The notes under the pieces were generated by a model that saw nothing but the letters and a program-made list of their open reading frames with translations, had not been told where the DNA came from and did not search any database. 64,000 nt of DNA from Bacillota bacterium (lineage in GTDB: Bacteria > Bacillota > Clostridia > UBA1381), in assembly GCA_029007725.1 (NCBI GenBank), contig JAQXIJ010000028.1, forward strand, positions 6,115 through 70,114, in the 5' to 3' direction. Position 1 is the first letter of the stretch. Each line of letters starts with the position of its first letter. The translations under genes were made by a program, and so were the position numbers. Positions 9,283 through 18,611 of the stretch are shown one piece after another.

Positions 9283-10605
9283 ATGCATAAGGAGGATACG
9301 ACAATTTCATACGTCGAACCGGATTCACTTGCCGAAGTAGCCGGGATTGTGCCGGGCGACAGGCTTATGAGCATAAATGGGCATAGGTTTCACGATATTC
9401 TCGAGTATCGATATCTCGTTTCGGAGTATGAGGTGACGCTTGAGGTGCTAAAAAAAAGCGGCGATACCGAGATGATTACTGTCGAAAATGATTATGAGGA
9501 TCTGGGCATTGAATTTAAGCAAGGGTTGATTGATACCGCACAGTGCTGCAAAAATAAGTGTATTTTTTGCTTTATCGACCAACTGCCAAAGGGTATGCGC
9601 AGTACGGTCTATTTCAAGGACGATGATACGCGGCTTTCATTTTTGCAGGGCAACTATGTAACGCTCACCAACATGACAGATGAAGAAATTGATCGCCTTA
9701 TCGCAATGCACGTGTCGCCGATAAATATTTCGGTCCATACCACAAATCCCGACCTTAGGGTAAAAATGCTTAAAAATCCGAATGCTGCGCGGATTTATGA
9801 GATAATGAAAAAATTTGCGGAAAACGAGATATACATGAACTGCCAGATTGTTCTCTGCCCGGGCTATAATGATAAGGCGGAGCTGGACCGCACTATTTCT
9901 GACATGGCAGCGTTGTTTCCTTATGTGTCGAGCTGTTCGGTTGTGCCGGTCGGACTGACGCGTTACCGTGCCGGTTTGTGTCATCTTGAGCCGTTCGACC
10001 GCCAAAGCTCGCTCCACAACATAAAGCAGATATCGCAGTGGCAGAAAAAGTTTAAAAAGGACTTTGGCATAAATCTTGTATATCTTTCGGACGAGTTTTA
10101 TATAAATGCGGGGGTTCCGATCCCCGAGGCACAGGAGTATGATGGATTTCCGCAGATTGAAAACGGTGTAGGACTGGTTTCGTCCATGCGCGAGGAGTTT
10201 GACAGCGCCGAAAAGCTGATAAAGCCGGGCAATTATAACCGAAATGTCGCAATCGCGACCGGCGAAATTGCATATGAGTTTATAAACGGTCTTGCACAAA
10301 GACTGATGAAAAAATGCAGCGGACTGAAAATCAAGGTATATCCGGTAAAAAACGAATTTTTTGGCGGCGGAGTAAATGTTTCGGGACTGGTTACCGGAAG
10401 CGACATTCTGCGCACGCTTTCGGGCGAGCCAAAGTATGACGAGTTTTTTATACCCGATTGTATGCTCCGTGATGGAGAAGATATTTTTCTTGATGATATC
10501 CTGCTTTCCGAACTGTCGGAAAGACTTGGCATGACGGTTACTCCGGTTTATAACGACGGATATGTTTTTGTTGAAAAAATCCTGAATACAGAGCTTGAAT
10601 TTTAA
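9283..10605 (+). CDS. PDZ plus radical-SAM-like DUF512 domain protein
   Basis: N-terminal PDZ-like segment (SLAEVAGIVPGDRLMSINGH), CxxxCxxC motif (CKNKCIFC) and a C-terminal DUF512-like region. The ATG at 9283 follows RBS GGGGAG. The position directly upstream of der is the usual context for this family in Firmicutes. Confidence 0.8.
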   Translation: MHKEDTTISYVEPDSLAEVAGIVPGDRLMSINGHRFHDILEYRYLVSEYEVTLEVLKKSGDTEMITVENDYEDLGIEFKQGLIDTAQCCKNKCIFCFIDQLPKGMRSTVYFKDDDTRLSFLQGNYVTLTNMTDEEIDRLIAMHVSPINISVHTTNPDLRVKMLKNPNAARIYEIMKKFAENEIYMNCQIVLCPGYNDKAELDRTISDMAALFPYVSSCSVVPVGLTRYRAGLCHLEPFDRQSSLHNIKQISQWQKKFKKDFGINLVYLSDEFYINAGVPIPEAQEYDGFPQIENGVGLVSSMREEFDSAEKLIKPGNYNRNVAIATGEIAYEFINGLAQRLMKKCSGLKIKVYPVKNEFFGGGVNVSGLVTGSDILRTLSGEPKYDEFFIPDCMLRDGEDIFLDDILLSELSERLGMTVTPVYNDGYVFVEKILNTELEF

Positions 10606-10616
10606 AGGAGAAACAC

Positions 10617-11942
10617 ATGAAACCCATTGTAGCAATAGTAGGACGCCCGAATGTGGGGAAATCCACATTATTTAATAAAATATCGGGACAGAGAATAAGT
10701 ATAGTAGAGGACACACCCGGCGTAACACGCGACCGCATATATGCCGACGTATCCTGGCTCGACAAGCACTTTACACTAATTGACACTGGTGGAATCGAGC
10801 CTAATTCAAAGGATGAGATTCTAAGTCAGATGCGCCGTCAGGCGGAGCTTGCTATAGACATGGCAGACGTTGTGGTGCTGATGACGAATGTTGCCGACGG
10901 TGTTACGTCAAACGACCTTGATGTTGCGTCTATGCTGCTTAAAGCAAAAAAGAAAATAGTGCTCGCCGTGAACAAGGTAGACAGTATAGGCGATCCTCCT
11001 ATGGAATTTTATGAATTTTATAATCTCGGACTTGGTGACCCGATTGCTATTTCTTCTACACACGGACTTGGAGTGGGAGATTTGCTGGACGAAATCTGCG
11101 CAAACTTTCCGTCCGACGCCGACACGAGCGAGGACGAGGAAGAAATTAAGGTGGCGGTAATCGGCAGACCTAACGCCGGAAAATCCAGCCTTATAAATCG
11201 TATTCTAGGTGAAAACCGAGTTATTGTTTCAAACGTTGCCGGCACAACGCGTGACGCCATTGATTTGCATTATGAGCGCGGAACGGACAAATATCTATTT
11301 ATAGACACTGCCGGCATGAGAAAACGAAAAAAAATTGATGAAAATGTTGAGCACTACAGCGTTGTGCGCGCGCTTGCTGCGGTTGACCGAAGTGATGTGT
11401 GCGTGATTATGCTGGATGCAAACGAAGGAGTGACCGAGCAGGATACAAAAATTGCCGGCTATGCGCACGAGCAGGGCAAGGCATGCATAATTGCGGTAAA
11501 CAAGTGGGATTCAATCGCAAAGGACACCAAAACGATGAAGAACTTTACAAACCAGGTGCGAGAGGGATTTGCGTTTATGGCATATGCATCGGTGATGTTT
11601 ATTTCGGCAAAAACCGGTCAGTGCATTGATAAGCTGCTGGACGAAATTAAGCTTGTTGATGAACAGCACAAGCGCAGAATTTCGACCGGAATGTTAAACG
11701 ATGTGTTAAACGACGCAATGTCGAAACAACAGCCGCCGTCAGATAAAGGAAAACGGCTCAAAATTTATTACGGAACACAGGCTTCGGCCGAGCCGCCGAC
11801 ATTTGTGCTTTTCTGCAATTCTAAGGAACTGTTCCATTATTCATATCTGCGGTTTATCGAAAATCAGATTCGTGCCGCATTTGGCTTTAACGGAACACCA
11901 ATAAACTTTATACTCCGTGAAAAAGGGAAAAAGGAACAATAA
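10617..11942 (+). CDS. der: Ribosome biogenesis GTPase Der (EngA)
   Basis: Two tandem GTPase domains (GRPNVGKST...DTGG and GRPNAGKSS...DTAG, with NKVD/NKWD) plus a KH-like C-terminus. Confidence 0.95.
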   Translation: MKPIVAIVGRPNVGKSTLFNKISGQRISIVEDTPGVTRDRIYADVSWLDKHFTLIDTGGIEPNSKDEILSQMRRQAELAIDMADVVVLMTNVADGVTSNDLDVASMLLKAKKKIVLAVNKVDSIGDPPMEFYEFYNLGLGDPIAISSTHGLGVGDLLDEICANFPSDADTSEDEEEIKVAVIGRPNAGKSSLINRILGENRVIVSNVAGTTRDAIDLHYERGTDKYLFIDTAGMRKRKKIDENVEHYSVVRALAAVDRSDVCVIMLDANEGVTEQDTKIAGYAHEQGKACIIAVNKWDSIAKDTKTMKNFTNQVREGFAFMAYASVMFISAKTGQCIDKLLDEIKLVDEQHKRRISTGMLNDVLNDAMSKQQPPSDKGKRLKIYYGTQASAEPPTFVLFCNSKELFHYSYLRFIENQIRAAFGFNGTPINFILREKGKKEQ

Positions 11943-11960
11943 GAAAAGTGAGGTATTCTT

Positions 11961-12698
11961 ATGTTATATATGATAGCAGGACTTACGGCATTTGTCGCAT
12001 ATCTTATCGGCAGCATCAACACGTCGATAATTCTTTCTCGAAACCTCGCGGGCGATGATATACGCAACTCGGGTTCGGGCAACGCTGGGGCTACAAATAT
12101 GCTGCGCACGCACGGCAAGGGTATGGCAGCTGCAACGCTGATATGCGATATTTTAAAGGGAGTTTTTGCGGTTGTCTGCGCCACGTGGCTGGATATTTTT
12201 CTGGCACACATGACAAAAACAAATCCACCGACGCATTTTGAACGTATTTATATTCTTGATAATCTGAAATATATAGCGGCGGTTTTTGTTGTGCTGGGTC
12301 ACGATTTTCCGCTGTATTTCGGTTTCCGTGGGGGAAAGGGTGTTGCTACAAGCCTCGGCGCTATAATCGTTCTTGACTGGAGAATCGGTCTGATTGTTCT
12401 TGCTTTTGCAATAATGATTATGATTGCGTCAAGGTATGTTTCGCTGGGGGCGGTGATGGCGGCGGCGGTTTATCCGTTTTTGGTACTTACCGTAATGGTT
12501 GCCAATGCGGAAATCGACATTACATATCTTGCAACATCGGTAATTCTTGCACTCATACTGGTGCTTAAGCACCGCACAAATATACGGCGTTTGCGTGAGG
12601 GAACCGAAAGCAAGCTTTTTGCGCGCAAAGAGACACAGGAGACAGACGGTGAAAATGATGCCGGCATTGGTGAAGATTATGGGGAGGAAGAAGAATGA
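11961..12698 (+). CDS. plsY: Glycerol-3-phosphate acyltransferase PlsY with an acidic C-terminal tail
   Basis: GSINTSIILSR...GSGNAGATN...GGKGVAT motifs. The extra tail reads ...ETQETDGENDAGIGEDYGEEEE. Confidence 0.9.
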   Translation: MLYMIAGLTAFVAYLIGSINTSIILSRNLAGDDIRNSGSGNAGATNMLRTHGKGMAAATLICDILKGVFAVVCATWLDIFLAHMTKTNPPTHFERIYILDNLKYIAAVFVVLGHDFPLYFGFRGGKGVATSLGAIIVLDWRIGLIVLAFAIMIMIASRYVSLGAVMAAAVYPFLVLTVMVANAEIDITYLATSVILALILVLKHRTNIRRLREGTESKLFARKETQETDGENDAGIGEDYGEEEE

Positions 12699-13687
12699 AA
12701 ATAGCGGTAATAGGCTCCGGCAGCTGGGGCTGCGCAATAGCAATACTTCTTGCAAACAAAGGAAACACGGTATATTTGTGGAGCTGGCAGCAGTCCGAAA
12801 CAGACCGCCTAAGCGCTGACCGCGAGAACAAAGAGGTTCTTCCGGGAGCACATTTTCCTGATAATATAGTATGCACGCATGACATGGGCAATTGTACCGA
12901 CGGCGCAGCACTGGTGGTGACGGTTGTGCCCAGCCCGGCAACGCGGTCGACTGCAAGAGAACTTTCCGGACACATTGCAGACGGGCAGATTTTGATGAAT
13001 CTTTCAAAGGGGCTTGAAGAAAGCACACTTATGCGGCTTTCGCAGGTGTATGCTCAGGAAATTCCTCAGGCAAAAATTGCCGTAATGAGCGGCCCTTCGC
13101 ACGCGGAGGAGGTAAGCCAAGGACTGCCTACAACCAATGTTATTGCCTCGGATGATCCGAAGACGGCAGAATTTATACAGAATATTTTTATGGACAGAGT
13201 TTTCCGCGTTTATACAGGCGACGACGTAACAGGCGTTGAACTGGGAGGAGCGCTTAAAAACGTAATCGCACTCTGTTCGGGAATTTCAGATGGCATGGGT
13301 TATGGCGACAACACGCGCGCGGCGCTTATGACACGCGGCATTGCGGAAATAAAGCGGCTTGGTGTGGCGATGGGCGCAAAACCCGAAACCTTTGCAGGAC
13401 TTTCGGGAATCGGCGACCTGATTGTAACTTGTACCAGCGTTCATTCTCGCAATCACCGCGCGGGAATTCTTCTCGGACAGGGAAAATCGCTTGATGAGGC
13501 TCTTGCCGAGGTGCATATGGTGGTTGAGGGAGTGAATACTGCGCGTGCGGCATATAAGCTAAGCAAAAAATATGGTGTTTCAATGCCTATTACCGAGGAG
13601 GCGTACAAGGTGCTGTTTGAGGGCAAAAATCCTCACGACGCCGTGAACGACCTCATGACGAGAAGCAAATCGCAGGAACATAGTTAA
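12695..13687 (+). CDS. gpsA: NAD(P)H-dependent glycerol-3-phosphate dehydrogenase
   Basis: MKIAVIGSGSWG Rossmann N-terminus, then ...GALKNVIA...GDLIVTC...RN. ATGA overlap with plsY. Confidence 0.95.
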   Translation: MKIAVIGSGSWGCAIAILLANKGNTVYLWSWQQSETDRLSADRENKEVLPGAHFPDNIVCTHDMGNCTDGAALVVTVVPSPATRSTARELSGHIADGQILMNLSKGLEESTLMRLSQVYAQEIPQAKIAVMSGPSHAEEVSQGLPTTNVIASDDPKTAEFIQNIFMDRVFRVYTGDDVTGVELGGALKNVIALCSGISDGMGYGDNTRAALMTRGIAEIKRLGVAMGAKPETFAGLSGIGDLIVTCTSVHSRNHRAGILLGQGKSLDEALAEVHMVVEGVNTARAAYKLSKKYGVSMPITEEAYKVLFEGKNPHDAVNDLMTRSKSQEHS

Positions 13688-13702
13688 GGGGTTTTAGTAT
13701 TT

Positions 13703-14275
13703 ATGAATTCACAAGATATAATTTCAGTATTTTTAATAGCAATCGGTCTTGCAATGGACGCATTTTCGGTTGCGGTCACCGACGGGATAGTTATCGGCAG
13801 AGTAAAGGCGCGCCAGGCAATAAAAATTGGTCTTTTTTTCGGAGTTTTTCAGTTTTTTATGCCGTGTATCGGATTTCTGCTCGGAACCGCATTTGCACGC
13901 TATATAAAAGCGTTTGACCACTGGGTTGCGTTTATTTTGCTGGTGTTTGTCGGCGGAAAAATGATTTTTGAGGCTCTTACCGAAAAGGACGAAGCCGAAG
14001 CGGTTAAAGATCCGCTTTCAAACAAGACGCTCACCGTGCTTGCTATTGCAACAAGCATAGATGCACTTGCGGTCGGTGTGACCTTTGCAACGGTAGAAAT
14101 TCCACTTTTTGCTGCTGCGGCCATAATCGGAGTTGTTGCGTTTGTTTTGTCGTTTGCCGGGGTATATATCGGCAGCAAATGCGGAAATTTGTTCGGTAAC
14201 AAGGCGGAAATTGCCGGAGGAGTTGTTTTGGTTGGCATTGGAGTAAAAATTCTGGTGGAACATTTGTTTTTTTAG
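13703..14275 (+). CDS. mntP: Manganese efflux pump MntP
   Basis: 190-aa 6-TM protein with the duplicated motif LAMDAFSVA / SIDALAVG typical of MntP (DUF204). Confidence 0.85.
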   Translation: MNSQDIISVFLIAIGLAMDAFSVAVTDGIVIGRVKARQAIKIGLFFGVFQFFMPCIGFLLGTAFARYIKAFDHWVAFILLVFVGGKMIFEALTEKDEAEAVKDPLSNKTLTVLAIATSIDALAVGVTFATVEIPLFAAAAIIGVVAFVLSFAGVYIGSKCGNLFGNKAEIAGGVVLVGIGVKILVEHLFF

Positions 14276-14284
14276 AGGTTTTGT

Positions 14285-15346
14285 ATGAAAAAGGTTCTTA
14301 TAGGAATGAGCGGCGGTGTTGACTCTTCGGTGGCCGCCGCTTTACTTAAAAAACAAGGATATGAAGTTATAGGCGCAACAATGCTTTTGTGGAGGAAAAC
14401 CGACGGATGTGGCGGCAATCTTGCGGTTAAAGACGCAGAAAAGGTATGTAAATTTTTAGAAATTGAGCACCGTGTCCTTGATTTTACCGATATCTTTAAA
14501 GATAAGGTGGTTTCCTACTTCATCAACGAATACATTAATGGCAGAACCCCCAATCCATGCATATGCTGCAACAAATATTTAAAGTTTGGAAAAATGCTTG
14601 ACTATGCCCTGGCAAACGGAATAGACTATGTTGCGACGGGTCACTATGCGCGGATTGAATGTGACGGAGAAAAATATCATTTGTATATGAGCCATTCTGA
14701 GGGAAAGGATCAGAGCTATGTGCTATATAATTTCACGCAAAAGCAGCTTGCGCATACGCTTATGCCGCTTGCCGATATGGACAAGCCGGCCGTTCGCGCA
14801 CTTGCGGAGAAAATGGGGCTTTTCGTTGCAAAAAAGCCGGACTCACAGGAGATATGTTTTGTGCCGAATGACGATTATGCGCGGTTTATAATAGAACATT
14901 CGGATCATGTGCCGAAAAAGGGCGATATTCTGGACACAAAAGGAAATTTTATAGGACAGCACAAGGGAATTATATATTACACGGTAGGACAGCGCAAGGG
15001 CATTGGATCATATGGCAGACCTATGTTTGTGCTGTCGGTAAATCCGCATGATAACACCATTGTTCTTGGCGAAAAGGGTATGGAATTTACCGACACATTA
15101 ACGGCGACAGACATAAACTTTTTGTCGGGAGATTTTCCAGACAGACACGCGGAGCTTACGGCGAAAATCCGCTATCAGGCAAAGCCGGCGGCCTGCACGC
15201 TTATGACGATGCCGGAAGGCAGAGTCAAGGTGAAATTCTCAGAGCCTCAAAGAGCCGTCACACCGGGACAGTCGGTTGTTTTTTACCGAGGAAACGAGCT
15301 TTTGGGCGGCGGAATCGTGGTGCGCGAAACCGCGAATTCTGAATGA
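14285..15346 (+). CDS. mnmA: tRNA 2-thiouridine(34) synthase MnmA
   Basis: PP-loop GMSGGVDSS, NPCICCNK and ATGHYAR motifs; 353 aa. Confidence 0.95.
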   Translation: MKKVLIGMSGGVDSSVAAALLKKQGYEVIGATMLLWRKTDGCGGNLAVKDAEKVCKFLEIEHRVLDFTDIFKDKVVSYFINEYINGRTPNPCICCNKYLKFGKMLDYALANGIDYVATGHYARIECDGEKYHLYMSHSEGKDQSYVLYNFTQKQLAHTLMPLADMDKPAVRALAEKMGLFVAKKPDSQEICFVPNDDYARFIIEHSDHVPKKGDILDTKGNFIGQHKGIIYYTVGQRKGIGSYGRPMFVLSVNPHDNTIVLGEKGMEFTDTLTATDINFLSGDFPDRHAELTAKIRYQAKPAACTLMTMPEGRVKVKFSEPQRAVTPGQSVVFYRGNELLGGGIVVRETANSE

Positions 15347-15471
15347 AGTTTTTATTGACTTTTTTTGACGATTATTATATAATAATTGTGTTAGTTTACA
15401 ATGGAGCAGGCCGGACGCTTTGTTTGGTTTGCCCTTTTTTAAATAATTAAAAGAAAGAGGGTGGTTTTTAA

Positions 15472-16479
15472 TTGGAAAACCTTATTATCCCAAAGGACTA
15501 TAAATCAATTTTATCCATACGCGAAACCGAGGTTGCAATAAAAAAGGTAAAGGATTTTTTTGAACGAGATCTTGCGATACAGCTGAATTTGACGCGTGTG
15601 TCTGCACCGCTTTTTGTAAACAGAAGCACGGGACTTAACGATACGCTAAACGGAGTCGAAAGACCGGTTGCGTTCGATATAAAGGGAATAGACGGCGATT
15701 TTGAAATCGTTCACTCGCTTGCAAAGTGGAAAAGATATGCCTTAAAGCACTACGGATTCGGTCATGACGAAGGACTATACACAGATATGAACGCAATCCG
15801 CCGCGACGAGGACACCGATAATCTGCATTCAGTATATGTAGATCAGTGGGATTGGGAAAAGATAATCGACAAGTCGGAGCGTAATACGGAGACACTAAAA
15901 AAGACGGTTCACTGCATATACAACACGCTGAGGCACACCGAAAGATATATTGCAACAGAGTATGATTTTGCGGAAATGTATCTGCCAGAGGATATTTATT
16001 TTATCACGACGCAGGAACTTGAGAATATGTACCCAGACAAGACTCCGAAAGAGCGCGAGTATGAAATTGCAAAGGACAAGGGCGCGGTATTCCTTATGCA
16101 GATCGGTGGCAAGCTTAAATCCGGAATCATGCATGACGGACGCGCACCCGACTATGACGACTGGACGCTAAACGGAGATATAATTGTATATTATCCAGTT
16201 TTGGACATTGCACTTGAACTGTCGTCTATGGGCATACGCGTTGACGAGGACGCGCTTGTGCGCCAACTTAAAATTCGCGGTAATGAAGAAAACGCAGACC
16301 TACCGTTTCAACAGGCGCTTTTAAGCGGAGAGCTGCCGTACACAATCGGCGGAGGAATCGGTCAGTCGAGAATTTGTATGTATTTTCTGCGCAAGGCTCA
16401 TGTCGGTGAGGTTCAGTCTTCGGTATGGCCACAGGAAATGCTTGAAGAATGTGCTGCGCACGGAATTAATATTTTATAA
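15472..16479 (+). CDS. asnA: Aspartate--ammonia ligase (asparagine synthetase A)
   Basis: TTG start after RBS AGAGGGTGG. ...LSIRETEVAIKKVKDFFE...LTRVSAPLF...VDQWDWEK...GGGIGQSR, typical of AsnA. Consensus promoter TTGACT-17-TATAAT lies at about 15356-15384. Confidence 0.9.
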   Translation: MENLIIPKDYKSILSIRETEVAIKKVKDFFERDLAIQLNLTRVSAPLFVNRSTGLNDTLNGVERPVAFDIKGIDGDFEIVHSLAKWKRYALKHYGFGHDEGLYTDMNAIRRDEDTDNLHSVYVDQWDWEKIIDKSERNTETLKKTVHCIYNTLRHTERYIATEYDFAEMYLPEDIYFITTQELENMYPDKTPKEREYEIAKDKGAVFLMQIGGKLKSGIMHDGRAPDYDDWTLNGDIIVYYPVLDIALELSSMGIRVDEDALVRQLKIRGNEENADLPFQQALLSGELPYTIGGGIGQSRICMYFLRKAHVGEVQSSVWPQEMLEECAAHGINIL

Positions 16480-16484
16480 AAAAG

Positions 16485-16528
16485 ACAGGATCCTGCAGAA
16501 AAAATTTTGCAGATCCCTGTTTTTTTTA
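16485..16528 (+). terminator. Rho-independent terminator after asnA
   Basis: ACAGGATCCTGCA ... TGCAGATCCCTGT imperfect stem followed by T8. Confidence 0.8.
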
Positions 16529-16576
16529 TTCACAAAAGTCAACTTGGGAGATAATATATTATATGAGGTGATTTAT

Positions 16577-16792
16577 ATGAGCGGCGAGGACTTGGCTGTG
16601 TTGGTGACGGCGGTTGCGATTACATCGGCACAGAGCCTTTCGGTAAAGGATTTGAATATTTTGGTAGCGGTTTTTACTCAGCTGGCAGACACCTATGCTA
16701 CAATTTCAGTTATACGCTCGCTCGAAGAGGAAAAAACCGAAACCCCGGCCGCACAGCAGGAGGAGGACATAGTTGCTCTTGAAACCACATAA
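16577..16792 (+). CDS. Small hypothetical protein (71 aa)
   Basis: RBS GAGGTG lies 5 nt upstream of the ATG. MSGEDLAVLVTAVAITSAQSLSVKDLNILVAVFTQLADTYATISVIRSLEEE... resembles a small Clostridia-specific family that I recall as DUF6774 (unverified). Own promoter-like TTCACA-17-TAATAT. Confidence 0.55.
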   Translation: MSGEDLAVLVTAVAITSAQSLSVKDLNILVAVFTQLADTYATISVIRSLEEEKTETPAAQQEEDIVALETT

Positions 16793-16797
16793 CGCGG

Positions 16798-17211
16798 TTA
16801 TGCATCAATATGTTTTCCAAAACAGTCAAACAGCTCCGGTGCCATTTTCTTTAAGGATATAACCTTTCCATCAGAGTCAATAAAGCAGTGAGTTGACTCT
16901 CCACAGGCATGTTCCTCACCGTTTTCGGGGTCGCAAACGACATAGTGAAAGGTAAAGCGGACGTTGCCGAAGCTTTTTAAAACGGTGCAGATTTTCACAC
17001 TTGTGCCGAAAATCACCGATTTTTTGTAGTTGCACTGCACCGAAAGCACGGGGCAGATGAAGCCGCTGCCCTCAAGGGATTTGTACGATATGCCGATTTT
17101 GTCGAGGTAGTCGATGCGCGCCTCCTCAAACCAGCGAATGTAGTTTGAATGATGGACTATACCCATTTTGTCCGTTTCGTAGTACTGAACTTTGTGTATG
17201 TATTCCTGCAT
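16798..17211 (-). CDS. Acyl-CoA thioesterase, hotdog fold (YbgC/4HBT type)
   Basis: MQEYIHKVQYYETDKMGIVHHSNYIRWFEEAR... is the classic 4HBT N-terminus. RBS AAGGAG precedes ATG 17211. Confidence 0.85.
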   Translation of the reverse strand: MQEYIHKVQYYETDKMGIVHHSNYIRWFEEARIDYLDKIGISYKSLEGSGFICPVLSVQCNYKKSVIFGTSVKICTVLKSFGNVRFTFHYVVCDPENGEEHACGESTHCFIDSDGKVISLKKMAPELFDCFGKHIDA

Positions 17212-17370
17212 TTTTTTACGCTCCTTAGCTTTGTGATTACGACTATTATACCACTTCAAAAAACGTTTGCAACAGGATTTTGAAAAAAATCATGCACTTA
17301 TAAACAATATTGATTTTTATGTGTTGCTGTATTATAATATTTGTAATCAAATTCGGAGGATAGGGCGAGA

Positions 17371-18522
17371 ATGATAAAATTATACGATGAGGACAGCTAT
17401 ATTAAAGAATTTTCTGCAGCTGTAACAGATTGTGAAGAAGCGGATGGGCTTTGGAAGGTTGCACTTTCACAGACCGCTTTTTTTCCTAATTCAGGCGGGC
17501 AGGAATGTGACGGCGGAATACTTGACGGTCAACAGGTACATGCGGTCGAGATACAAAATGATACCGTATATCATTTTGTAGAAGGTAAAATTGAAATGGG
17601 CAAAACGGTTTTGGGCAGAATTGATTTTAAAAAGCGGTTCCGAAATATGCAACATCACACCGCGGAACATATTGTTTCAGGCGTGGTTCACAGCTTGTTC
17701 GGATACGATAACGTGGGGTTTCATCTCAGTTCAAAAGAGGTCACAATGGACTATAACGGTGTGCTGTCTGCGGATGACGTTTTAAAGGCAGAGCAGCTTG
17801 CGAACGAGGCGGTGTACAAAAACATAGCAGTAAAGGCGGAATATCCGCCGGAGGACAAGCTCGGAGAAATGGAATATAGAAGTAAGCTTGACCTGACCGA
17901 AAATGTGCGCATAGTCAAAATTGAGGGAGTGGATGTGTGTGCCTGTTGTGCTCCACACGTTGCGCACACCGGTGAAATCGGGCTGATAAAGCTCAAGGAT
18001 GCAATTCATTATAAGGGCGGTATGCGCATACGAATGATTTGCGGAGCGGATGCACTGCGCGACTATAATGTAAAGCAGGAAAACGCGGTGCACATATCGA
18101 ATATGCTTTCCGCAAAGCAGGACAAAATTGCCGATAGTGTGGAAAGAATAATATCCGAAAATGACTTGCTCAAGCAAAAGGTTTCTCAGTTGTCGAAAAA
18201 GATTGCCGCCGTGCGTGCCGATAGTCTTTGTGAAACAGACGGAAACATATGCGTTTTTGAGGACGATGCGGACAGTGACGCTCTGCGGTTTTTCGTGAAC
18301 GAGGGCAAGAAAAAATGCAGGATTTTCGCCGCCTGCAACGGAAACGATAAAAACGGATATGCCTACATTATAGGAAGTAGCCGTGTGAATTTGCGCGAGT
18401 GTGCAAATGATATAAATTCGGCTCTGTGCGGCAGGGGCGGCGGAACCGAAGACATGATTCGTGGATTTTTTCAGTGCAGAAAAGACAAAATTGAAAAATT
18501 TTTTGGAGAGTATAAAAAATAA
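17371..18522 (+). CDS. Alanyl-tRNA editing protein (AlaX-L type)
   Basis: Editing-site motifs HTAEHIVSG and CCAPH, with a C-terminal DHHA1-like GGG region. It has no aminoacylation domain. Confidence 0.8.
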   Translation: MIKLYDEDSYIKEFSAAVTDCEEADGLWKVALSQTAFFPNSGGQECDGGILDGQQVHAVEIQNDTVYHFVEGKIEMGKTVLGRIDFKKRFRNMQHHTAEHIVSGVVHSLFGYDNVGFHLSSKEVTMDYNGVLSADDVLKAEQLANEAVYKNIAVKAEYPPEDKLGEMEYRSKLDLTENVRIVKIEGVDVCACCAPHVAHTGEIGLIKLKDAIHYKGGMRIRMICGADALRDYNVKQENAVHISNMLSAKQDKIADSVERIISENDLLKQKVSQLSKKIAAVRADSLCETDGNICVFEDDADSDALRFFVNEGKKKCRIFAACNGNDKNGYAYIIGSSRVNLRECANDINSALCGRGGGTEDMIRGFFQCRKDKIEKFFGEYKK

Positions 18523-18541
18523 AGAATACGCAGTTTTGATT

Positions 18542-18572
18542 GCACCCCAAAAGCGTCTGACTTTTGGGGTGC
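18542..18572. terminator. Bidirectional terminator between the convergent alaX-like and trpB2 genes
   Basis: GCACCCCAAAAG / CTTTTGGGGTGC, a 12-bp perfect stem flanked by T/A-rich tracts on both strands. Confidence 0.8.
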
Positions 18573-18611
18573 ATAGTAGTTTTCCACAATTTTTTTGCAT
18601 CGGGTATGTGG

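Noticed and set aside
9637-10668. Long antisense ORFs inside confirmed genes. Examples: 9637-10668 (343 aa), 17782-18600 (272 aa), 21969-22778 (269 aa), 29653-30486 (277 aa), 59318-59947 (209 aa) and 12429-13028 (199 aa), plus the many 60-150-aa ones in the track.
   Set aside because: Each lies opposite a CDS with unambiguous family motifs. Their translations are low-complexity or Cys/Arg/Phe-rich in the manner of shadow frames, and they have no RBS.
13688-13702. Expected a yybP-ykoY Mn riboswitch in front of mntP.
   Set aside because: Only 15 nt separate gpsA and mntP, so there is no room. mntP appears to be co-transcribed with the upstream genes.
15347-15471. Looked for a T-box or leader peptide upstream of asnA.
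   Set aside because: The leader is about 90 nt and lacks the T-box sequence. The only mini-ORF (MEQAGRFVWFALF) has no Asn codons. The U-tract hairpin is weak.
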